Shown here in pieces: positions 32,815-41,030 of a stretch of 64,000 nt of DNA. How positions within the stretch are numbered: position 1 is the first letter of the stretch; each line of letters begins with the position of its first letter. Both the position numbers and the translations under genes were made by a program. Under the pieces are notes generated by a model, which did not search any database, was not told where the DNA came from, and saw nothing but the letters and a program-made list of their open reading frames with translations. The stretch is from Thermodesulfobacteriota bacterium (GTDB lineage Bacteria > Desulfobacterota_D > UBA1144 > Nemesobacterales > Nemesobacteraceae): contig OZ241855.1 of assembly GCA_965202785.1 (NCBI GenBank), positions 576,001 through 640,000 of the forward strand, in the 5' to 3' direction.

Positions 32815-33432
32815 TTGACTGAGACTATCAAAGAAACCGATCCGCTCGTATTTGATAAGCTATCCGAATGCCTTACGGGCGGAGGGGTGATCGTATACCC
32901 GACCGAAACTCTCTACGGAATCGGCTGTCTTGCGTTTGACCGGGAGGCCTGCCGGAGAATAGTAAGGATAAAACAAAGATCCGGAGGCAAGGGACTTATA
33001 GTCCTCGTGAGTGACAAGGAAATGCTTGACCGCCACTTCCATGTTCCCGGCGACCTGCTTGAGAGATACTCCCGAAGCCAAAAACCCCTTACGCTCATAC
33101 TGCGCCCGAAGTCCGTTTTTCCACAAGAGGTGTCAGGAGAAAGGGAATCGGTCGCGGCAAGAATCTCCACTTCTCCCTTCGCAAAAGAGATCCTTCGCCG
33201 CGTGGGAGAGCCCATAACCTCTACGAGCGCGAACATAAGCGGCAGGGGGAACTCAAACCGGTTTGCTGATATCCGCAGGGATTTTCCAAGCGGAATTGAT
33301 GTTATCGTTGATTCTGGTAATCTTCCACCCTCAATGGGTTCAGCGATAGTGAACCTGACGACCACGTCACCCGAAATTATCAGAGAGGGAGATCTTTCCG
33401 TAACCGAAATAGAGAGGATTCTTCATGGCTGA
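32815..33432 (+). CDS. tsaC: Threonylcarbamoyl-AMP synthase (YrdC/Sua5)
   Basis: YPTETLYGIG, K.R, TSTSANISG. Confidence 0.9.
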   Translation: MTETIKETDPLVFDKLSECLTGGGVIVYPTETLYGIGCLAFDREACRRIVRIKQRSGGKGLIVLVSDKEMLDRHFHVPGDLLERYSRSQKPLTLILRPKSVFPQEVSGERESVAARISTSPFAKEILRRVGEPITSTSANISGRGNSNRFADIRRDFPSGIDVIVDSGNLPPSMGSAIVNLTTTSPEIIREGDLSVTEIERILHG

Positions 33433-34636
33433 AATAAAACCTTTCAGAGGTATAAGATACAGCAAGGAAGCGGTCGAGGACTTCGCGAAAGTCATCGCTC
33501 CTCCCTACGACGTAATAAGCCCGCAGCAACGTGAGGAACTGTGTGCCAAAAGTCCTTTTAACGCCGTGAGAATTGAACTGCCCGAAGGAGAAGGCAGGCA
33601 GCGTTATCAAAATGCGAAGGAAATCTATTCGAAGTGGCTCCGCGACAAAGTGCTCATAAGGGACGACGAGCCTTCAATCTATCCTTACTACCAGGACTTC
33701 GAGTTCGAAGGACAACGCTACACAAGAAAAGGGTTCATAACGAACCTAAAGGTTGAAGATTTCGACAAGAAAATCGTTCTGCCGCATGAACAGACTTTCA
33801 GAAAACACAAGGAAGACCGACTGGCGCTCACAGTCGCTTGCAACTCCAACCTGAGCCAGATCTTCTGCGTCTATCCCGACACCTCGGGAGAAATCGAGGA
33901 GGATGTAGACAGAAATACCGGAGAACCGCTTGTGGACGTCACTTTTGAAGAAGGAATAAGGAATATTCTCTGGAAGATATCCGATCCGAGAGTCATAGAA
34001 CGCATAAAAAGCCGCCTCGCAAACAGATCCATTCTGATCGCAGACGGTCATCACCGCTACGAAACCTCGGTAAACTTCAGAGACCTGAAGAGAAAAGAAA
34101 CGGGGGACAATTCAGGACAGATGCCCTGGGATTACGTAATGACCTACCTCTCGCGCGGAGAAGGCCAAGGACTGATAATTAACCCCACTCACAGGATAGC
34201 AAGAAAAGTCGGAGACAACCTGATTGACAATCTGCGGAAAGATTTCAAAGTCGAGAGAATTGCGCTTGAGAATTCGCTTGATCTCGGCCCGGATCAGATA
34301 TCCGTTGTGACCAAGAATCCCGAGAGAACCTTCAGGATTGCTCCCAAGACGACGCAAGAAAAAGACTATGAGAACCTCGCCGTGATAACTCTTCACAGCC
34401 AGGTGTTCGGAGCACTTATAGAAGAAGACAAGGCGGGTGTACGATACTCCAAGTTCCCAGAAGAAGTATTCGAGAATGTGCACAATGGGGAGTTTGAGGC
34501 CGGATTTCTTCTTCCCAAACTAAAATCAGAGGACATATTCAAAGTGGTTCTCGACGGAACCAAGATGCCTCACAAGACCACCTACTTCTATCCGAAGATT
34601 CTCTCCGGATTAGTATTCAACCCTCTGTGGCGTTAA
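33425..34636 (+). CDS. DUF1015 family protein
   Basis: PFRGIRY, APPYDVI, PHEQT, IADGHHRYE, MPHKTTYFYPK. Confidence 0.9.
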   Translation: MAEIKPFRGIRYSKEAVEDFAKVIAPPYDVISPQQREELCAKSPFNAVRIELPEGEGRQRYQNAKEIYSKWLRDKVLIRDDEPSIYPYYQDFEFEGQRYTRKGFITNLKVEDFDKKIVLPHEQTFRKHKEDRLALTVACNSNLSQIFCVYPDTSGEIEEDVDRNTGEPLVDVTFEEGIRNILWKISDPRVIERIKSRLANRSILIADGHHRYETSVNFRDLKRKETGDNSGQMPWDYVMTYLSRGEGQGLIINPTHRIARKVGDNLIDNLRKDFKVERIALENSLDLGPDQISVVTKNPERTFRIAPKTTQEKDYENLAVITLHSQVFGALIEEDKAGVRYSKFPEEVFENVHNGEFEAGFLLPKLKSEDIFKVVLDGTKMPHKTTYFYPKILSGLVFNPLWR

Positions 34637-34642
34637 GCAGAT

Positions 34643-34688
34643 AAAAAAAAGAGGAGGGATAACCGTTAAGGTCTCCCTCCTCTTCTTT
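34643..34688. terminator. Bidirectional intrinsic terminator
   Basis: Stem AAGAGGAGGGA / TCCCTCCTCTT flanked by A and T tracts, between convergent genes. Confidence 0.8.
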
Positions 34689-34736
34689 ATTACTCATCAA
34701 GAACTCAGTGTCTTCTCAGACACCGGCTCTTCGCCA

Positions 34737-35708
34737 TTATCCCTGGCTATACTGCGGCAGCAGGAACCTGTGACGCATCGTGTACTCAAACGGCGTAGAG
34801 TATACTATATGACCCATGTCATCAGCTCCTCTCTCTACCGTGTTCGTCCAGATCGTCAACGCCGGCGGTATTATCAGGTTAAACGTGAAGCTTATCAACC
34901 CTACTACCTCCGTTGCCGGTATCTGACCACCCATGTAGTCAAACGGCGTCCCCGACATGAACCACGAACGTACATCCTCCGTAACAGCCGTCCTCACGCT
35001 CTCAGGATTCAGCTGGAACCTGTGTCCCGTCCCGAATCCCGGCGGAAGATCCGACGGCAGATACGTTACTTCATGGATACTGTTCGATACATCAGGCCTC
35101 GTCGTTATCCTGTAGTTCATCCTTCCCCAGTCGGTCTTGCCATAAAACGTAGGCCTGGCCGAAAGCGGACGGTCCGAATAACGTCCGTTCGCTGTGTGCA
35201 GTATGTAGCCTCTGCGCTCCATCAAGTGGTTGAAATAGTTGTTGTTGGTACCATGCTCGAACCCGGCGATGTATGCAGCCTTCTTCGGAAATCCGAATGG
35301 CTCCTTACCGGCAAAAATCGGAGAGTCGTTCGACAGATACATATACGGATAGTATCCCGCTTTGTATATGTGTCCGCTTCCGTCATCCACCGTTGCCGAG
35401 AACGTTACGCCCATCTCCATGTATGGACCTAACATCGTGTTCTTGTGTATTACGTACCAAAACTCTATTACATCATCCTGAACCTCTATCGGTTCCGGAA
35501 CTACCGCTTTCATAGCGTTGATGTCTGCCCTTATCACATAGGCCATCCACCTGCTCTCTGTATACGTAAGCGGTATGATGTCGTAGTCGAACACTGGGTC
35601 CGCTACTCCCTGACTGATTATGTGGATCCTGTCCCTGTCCAATGGTAATGGTGGAACTTCTCCCTCATCCAGCCAAGGATAACTGTACTCATTTGCATGT
35701 AATCCCAT
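34737..35708 (-). CDS. Acetoacetate decarboxylase-fold protein (paralog 2)
   Basis: LGPYMEMGV...YYPYMYL...AGKEPFGFPKK (Schiff-base Lys motif); AAGGAGG RBS. Confidence 0.75.
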   Translation of the reverse strand: MGLHANEYSYPWLDEGEVPPLPLDRDRIHIISQGVADPVFDYDIIPLTYTESRWMAYVIRADINAMKAVVPEPIEVQDDVIEFWYVIHKNTMLGPYMEMGVTFSATVDDGSGHIYKAGYYPYMYLSNDSPIFAGKEPFGFPKKAAYIAGFEHGTNNNYFNHLMERRGYILHTANGRYSDRPLSARPTFYGKTDWGRMNYRITTRPDVSNSIHEVTYLPSDLPPGFGTGHRFQLNPESVRTAVTEDVRSWFMSGTPFDYMGGQIPATEVVGLISFTFNLIIPPALTIWTNTVERGADDMGHIVYSTPFEYTMRHRFLLPQYSQG

Positions 35709-35739
35709 TATGGTTTTACCTCCTTAAATCTTTTTTATC

Positions 35740-36720
35740 TTATGAACCCTGACTGATCGGGAACTGCTGCCTCAATCCATACTTGTATGGCGTGGCATAT
35801 CCACGATAACTTGCCGGCCTCTCATATGTCTCCGTCCATAGCACTACCGCTGGCGGTATTACAAGATCGAACACAAACGAGATCAATCCAGTTACTTCCT
35901 GAATCTTCAGCTCCGCTCCCATGTTGTCAAACGGAGTGGCCTGCATGAACCAGTTTATCGCGTCTCCGCTTGCTGTCCTGGTGTGCTCAGGCTTAATCTT
36001 GAACCTGTGTCCCGTTATCATGCTGTCAAACGGAGGCGGCAACGCCGATGGCAGATATGTCAGCTGCCACTCCGAACTCGATACGTCCGGACGCGTTATG
36101 ACCTTCATGTTGAACTTACCCCAGTCCGTCTTACCGTAGAAATACGGAGGTGTTACCTGCTTGTCGTCGAACTGTCCTGTCGCGCTGTGCATCAGGTAAC
36201 CGTTACGACTCATTGCAAATCCAAAGAAATCCGTGCCCTTCTCTCCACCATGTACCGTACATCTGATGTAGGACATCTTCTTTGGAAATCCAAGTACACG
36301 ACCAGCGTCCACTGGCGCGTCACCCGTAAGATACATATACGGATAGTATCCCGCTCTCCACACGTTCCCGTCAGGATCCGTGTATGATGCCGATACCGTT
36401 ACGCCAAACTCAAGATATGGACCTAACATCGTGTTCTTGTGATCCACATACCAAAACTCTACCAGGTCCGCATTCTCGCCATCCCATACCTGCAACGGGG
36501 GATTCGGGCACAGACGACTCCGAGTTGCCTCGTCGCACCTTACTACAAATGCTGACCACCTGCTGTCCGTGTATGTCAGCGGCAGCACGTCTATGTCCCA
36601 CAGCGGATCCGACGGATTCGCTATGATCCATGACTTGATATCCCGCTCTATCGGAGGGGGCGGGACCTCTTTCGTCAACTCCCAGTACTTCGTTGGGACG
36701 TTTAAATGACTATGGCTCAT
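35740..36720 (-). CDS. Acetoacetate decarboxylase-fold protein (paralog 1)
   Basis: LGPYLEFGV...YYPYMYL...AGRVLGFPKK; AAGGAGG RBS. Confidence 0.75.
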   Translation of the reverse strand: MSHSHLNVPTKYWELTKEVPPPPIERDIKSWIIANPSDPLWDIDVLPLTYTDSRWSAFVVRCDEATRSRLCPNPPLQVWDGENADLVEFWYVDHKNTMLGPYLEFGVTVSASYTDPDGNVWRAGYYPYMYLTGDAPVDAGRVLGFPKKMSYIRCTVHGGEKGTDFFGFAMSRNGYLMHSATGQFDDKQVTPPYFYGKTDWGKFNMKVITRPDVSSSEWQLTYLPSALPPPFDSMITGHRFKIKPEHTRTASGDAINWFMQATPFDNMGAELKIQEVTGLISFVFDLVIPPAVVLWTETYERPASYRGYATPYKYGLRQQFPISQGS

Positions 36721-37263
36721 ATTCTAAGCCTCCTTACTGTAGATTTGGGCCAAAACTTACCACCCATTCCATACCTCTTTAACACCCTATCTTCCCCTGT
36801 TGATAGAATGTTGGTAGCTCTGTTGGATGCGAATAGACGCAACCTCACCCGATTTACATTCAATCAAATCTTACACCCTTTTGTCAAGCACTTTTTTGCG
36901 ATCTTGGCAAACTTTTTTCCGGTTCCGGGGTACCGAAGAAAATCTACCCGCTTAACCGCCTAAAAATGCCGATTTGGGTGTGAAAAAAAGAGGGGATTTT
37001 TCATCCAAAACGCGATCACGGCTTATACCGAAATTGGGCAAAAAAAAGCCGCCGAAGCCACTTAATCCCGTTAGGGAAAAAACAGCCACGGCGGCAACCG
37101 GAAGGTGGAACATTTGATATAGTACTCTCTATTTACCAGTAATGTCAATAAAGTTTTTACGGCAATTGCAAAGTTCCTTTGCCACGATGCGCTAAAACGG
37201 CTATACTGCCTTCCCGAAAAACTTTCTCGCTACAATGAGGATTGGCACAGGGAGGACGCCAAA

Positions 37264-38406
37264 TTGCCTATAGATTTCGAATTCACGGACGAGCAGCGCA
37301 TGTTCCGGGAAATGATAGTGGATTTCGCCCAGAACGAGATAGAACCGCTGGTTGAAGAAGCGGAAGCCACCCAGACCTTCCCCAAGCAGCTGTTTCCCAT
37401 GCTCGGGGAAATCGGACTGCTCGGAATCTCCTTTCCGGAAGAATACGGAGGGGTCGCTCAGGACAAGATAATGGACTGCATATTCTCCGAGGAGATGGGG
37501 AGAGTTAACGCCGGCATAGCCATGTGCATTAACGCCCACACAAGCCTTTCCATGTTCCCCATATACAAATTCGGCTCCGAGGAACAGAAGCAGAAATATC
37601 TCGTCCCCGGGATACAGGGCGAACTAATAGGCTCCCTGGGAATCACCGAACCTAATGCCGGTTCCGACGCGCGAAGCATAAGAACCCAGGCGGAGAAAAA
37701 GGGAGACAGCTACGTGCTTAACGGTACGAAAACCTGGATAACAAACGGCACCATGTGCGACTACGCAGTTGTGGCCGCCTACACCGACAAGACGAAAAAG
37801 GGTCACGGAATAAGCATATTCATAGTGGACAAGGGCACACCGGGATTTTCCGTAAGCGGAAAGATGCACAAGCTAGGGCATCGCTCCGCGGACACGTCGG
37901 AACTTATATTCGAGGGCTGCGAGGTTCCCGAAGAAAGCTTGCTCGTGGGAGAAGGAGGTTTTGCGGGAGCGATGGAGACCCTTCTCGGAGCACGCATAAC
38001 CCACGCCGCAAAAAGCGTCGGAATAGCCCAGGCCGCCTTTGAGTACGCCCTTCAGTATTCAAAGGAAAGAGAGGCGTTCGGAAGACCCATATCCAAGTTT
38101 CAGGCCATAAGTTTCAAGCTCGCCGACATGGCGGTCAAAATAGAGACCGCGAGACTCCTGGTTTACAAGGCCGCATGGCTCTACAGCAACGGGAAAAGGT
38201 GTCTTAAAGAGGCTTCCATGGCCAAGCTCTACTCGGCCGAGATAGTGCAGTGGGTGGCCACAGAGGCCCTGCAGGTACTCGGGGGCTACGGTTACAGCGT
38301 CGAGTATAACGCGGAGAGATACTACCGCGACGCCAGACTAGCTTCCATAACCGAAGGCACTTCGGAGATACAGCGTATCGTTATTTCGCGCGAACTTGGG
38401 ATTTAG
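37264..38406 (+). CDS. Acyl-CoA dehydrogenase
   Basis: ITEPNAGSD, NGTKTWITN, REAFGRPI, QVLGGYGY, ITEGTSEIQR. Confidence 0.95.
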   Translation: MPIDFEFTDEQRMFREMIVDFAQNEIEPLVEEAEATQTFPKQLFPMLGEIGLLGISFPEEYGGVAQDKIMDCIFSEEMGRVNAGIAMCINAHTSLSMFPIYKFGSEEQKQKYLVPGIQGELIGSLGITEPNAGSDARSIRTQAEKKGDSYVLNGTKTWITNGTMCDYAVVAAYTDKTKKGHGISIFIVDKGTPGFSVSGKMHKLGHRSADTSELIFEGCEVPEESLLVGEGGFAGAMETLLGARITHAAKSVGIAQAAFEYALQYSKEREAFGRPISKFQAISFKLADMAVKIETARLLVYKAAWLYSNGKRCLKEASMAKLYSAEIVQWVATEALQVLGGYGYSVEYNAERYYRDARLASITEGTSEIQRIVISRELGI

Positions 38407-38488
38407 TTTGGCAAAAGGGTTAGGTATGTAGTAATATGATACGGATTTTGAACATCAAAGAGCACTAAGTTAAGGAGGAAGCATTACA

Positions 38489-39700
38489 ATGTCTAAGAAC
38501 CTTCCGGGCATACAGGAGACCCGAGAACTTCTGAAGAAGAAAAAAGTGGTTATCGCCGGGGTGGGCGAAACCGAACAGGGAAAAATCCCGGATAAAAGCT
38601 CCTTTCACTTCCTAAGCGAAGCTTCCAAGCTCGCGATTGAGGACGCGGGAATTAAAAAAGACGACGTGGACGGCCTGGTAACGGCCTTCTCCCTCGTGGA
38701 ACACACCTTCATGCACTGCACCACATTTGCCGACTACTTCGGCATGAACCCGAGATTTTTCTCCTCGGTCGCGGTGGGTGGAGCCACGGCGGTGTGGATG
38801 GTGGCGGAAGCCGCCATGGCAATAGCCTCGGGGCAGGCTGAAGTGGTACTTTGCGTAAGGGGGGACAACACCCTCTCGGGAATATCCTCTTCGGGGATGC
38901 TCGCCCTTATAAGGGAGATGTGCCACGCGGAGTTTGAGTTCCCCTACGGACTTACGACTCCCGGGGGATACGCCCTTGCGGCGCAGAGATACCTCCATGA
39001 CTGGGACAGCCGGAGAGAACATCTCGCCGCGGTTGCGGTAACCATGAGAAAGCACGCCGCGGACAAGGAAAACGCCATGAACAAGGATCCCCTCTCAATA
39101 GAGGACGTCCTTAATTCAAGGGTCATAGCGGAGCCTCTTACCAAGTATGACTGCTCGATCATCTCCGATGGGGGAGCGGCTTTCATAGTGACTACGGAGG
39201 ACAAGGCGAAGGAGCTCGGTATAGAGAACGACCTTGCCTACCTCTGGGGAATGGGACAGGGATACTCCCACCAGTACCTCACCACTCTTGAGAACCTTGA
39301 CCAGATATACAACGCTGTCGAGCGATCGGGGGAGAAGGCGTTCACCACGGCGGGGATAGAGCCAAGGGACGTTGACATAGCGTTTCTTTATGACTGCTTC
39401 ACCATAACCGTTCTGCTTGAACTTGAGGGGCTGGGTTTTGTTCCCAAGGGAGAGGGGGGAGCGTTTGCTCTTGAGGGAAGGATGGAGATAGGGAAGGACC
39501 TTCCGGTGAACACCCACGGGGGACTGCTCTCCCAGGCTCACCTGGGGGCCATGCATCATGTTGTGGAGGCCACTCTGCAGCTCAGGGGGGACGCGGGATG
39601 TCGGCAGGTTGAGGACCCCGAGGTGGCGGTTGTGCATGGAAACGGAGGGATAGTGTCGGCTCACAGCACGGTGGTTCTTGGGAACCAGCCGATTAATTAA
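38489..39700 (+). CDS. Thiolase-superfamily protein (SCP2/Ltp2-like), lacking the nucleophilic Cys
   Basis: IAGVGET, VAVGGAT, SDGGAA, YDCFT, VNTHGGLLSQAH. Confidence 0.88.
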   Translation: MSKNLPGIQETRELLKKKKVVIAGVGETEQGKIPDKSSFHFLSEASKLAIEDAGIKKDDVDGLVTAFSLVEHTFMHCTTFADYFGMNPRFFSSVAVGGATAVWMVAEAAMAIASGQAEVVLCVRGDNTLSGISSSGMLALIREMCHAEFEFPYGLTTPGGYALAAQRYLHDWDSRREHLAAVAVTMRKHAADKENAMNKDPLSIEDVLNSRVIAEPLTKYDCSIISDGGAAFIVTTEDKAKELGIENDLAYLWGMGQGYSHQYLTTLENLDQIYNAVERSGEKAFTTAGIEPRDVDIAFLYDCFTITVLLELEGLGFVPKGEGGAFALEGRMEIGKDLPVNTHGGLLSQAHLGAMHHVVEATLQLRGDAGCRQVEDPEVAVVHGNGGIVSAHSTVVLGNQPIN

Positions 39701-39722
39701 CACAAACAAGGAGACAGAGAAG

Positions 39723-40148
39723 ATGTCAGAAGAGAAAAAAGCGTATAACAAGCCTTTGCCTGAGTTCCGGCCCGAGACGAAGCCGTTTTGGGAAGCTGCC
39801 AGGGAGCACAAGCTGGTTATCCCTAGATCAAGGGAGACGGGGGAGTTTTTCTTTTACCCGAGGGCTCTTTCCCCTGGAGGGGACATGAGTGAGGACATAG
39901 AGTGGGTTGAGAGCGAGGGACGGGGGAAGGTGTGGACTTTTTCCATACACCACATGGGACCATCGAAAGCCTACAAGGGTGAGCCTCCTTATGTAGTGGC
40001 CCTTATCGAGATGGAAGAGGGAGTGAAGATGATGTCAAACGTCATTGACGTTGACCCAGGTGAAGTGACCATCGGCATGGAAGTGCAGGTCTGCTTCGAT
40101 GACGTTACAGATGAGGTCACCCTCCCCAAATTCAAACCTGCCGGTTAA
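39723..40148 (+). CDS. DUF35 OB-fold protein (ChsH2 C-terminal-like) with Zn ligands absent
   Basis: PLP...PFWEAA, YPR, WVESEGRGKVWTFS, PYVVALIEMEEG, LPKFKP. Confidence 0.88.
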   Translation: MSEEKKAYNKPLPEFRPETKPFWEAAREHKLVIPRSRETGEFFFYPRALSPGGDMSEDIEWVESEGRGKVWTFSIHHMGPSKAYKGEPPYVVALIEMEEGVKMMSNVIDVDPGEVTIGMEVQVCFDDVTDEVTLPKFKPAG

Positions 40149-40163
40149 GAAAGGAGAACGAAA

Positions 40164-40616
40164 ATGCCAAGAATTTTTTACGAGGACCTAAACGAGGGAG
40201 ACGAGCACAAAAGCTCAGGTAGAACTGTTACTGAAGCTGACGTCGTCAACTTCGCGGGACTTTCCGCAGACTACAACAACATGCACATAGACGAGGAGTT
40301 CGCCAAAAAAACCGTGTTCAAGACAAGAGTAGCTCACGGCATGCTGGTGACTTCCATAGCCACGGGCCTCTGGTTCACCATGCCGAGGCTGGCGACCGTC
40401 GCCTTCATGGGTCTTGAAGACTGGAGATTTTCGGGAGCCGTATTCCCGGGTGACACGATTCACATAACGAGAAAGCTTGTCGAGAAAAGGGAGCACAAGC
40501 GTCCGAACATGGGATTCTTTATCTTCGAAGTAAACGTATTTACCCACAAAGACGCTGAAAAACCCGTCCAGAGGGGAAAATGGGTGATTCTCGTTCAGAG
40601 AAAAGAGGAAGGATAG
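40164..40616 (+). CDS. MaoC-family dehydratase
   Basis: RTVTEADVVNFAGLSADYNNMHID, RVAHG, VFPGDTI. Confidence 0.92.
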   Translation: MPRIFYEDLNEGDEHKSSGRTVTEADVVNFAGLSADYNNMHIDEEFAKKTVFKTRVAHGMLVTSIATGLWFTMPRLATVAFMGLEDWRFSGAVFPGDTIHITRKLVEKREHKRPNMGFFIFEVNVFTHKDAEKPVQRGKWVILVQRKEEG

Positions 40617-40701
40617 AGACTCTGGAATCTGCTGACTTCGGCTGATACACGAAACTCAAACCCACATCGAAGTCAGAGAACCGACGAGGCAAAAAGAGCA
40701 A

Positions 40702-40775
40702 ATCGGGAGAGAAGGGGATTTTGCGATTTCGCCTCTCCTGTGCCGTCGCGTATACGGGTCCGTACGCAACGGTTC
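40702..40775 (-). ncRNA. Group IIC intron-like domains V and VI (3' end)
   Basis: Minus strand reads GAA-CCGTTGC-GTACG-GACC-CGTAT-AC-GCGACGG-CAC-AGGAGAGG...CCTTCTCTCCCGAT: a fully paired DV with AC bulge and a ...CCCGAT terminus. Confidence 0.75.
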
Positions 40776-41030
40776 GAAGAAGGCATTTAATTTTCTTTCA
40801 TTTTTATTTGGACTTTCCACCCATTCAGCCGAGTGTCCGTCCCAGAGCAGTGCTCAAATGTGCCCACTGAACCGCCTATCCAAGCCACCGGGCTCTTGGC
40901 TTGGCGACAGCTTTGCGCATCTCACGAGCGTCGACAAAGATAGCTTGGTTATAAAAAACACCCTTGATCGGTCAGTTTTTTCCGAGTCCCGGGAGACACG
41001 GATATTTGCGAAAGAATTTTCTTCTCCTGT

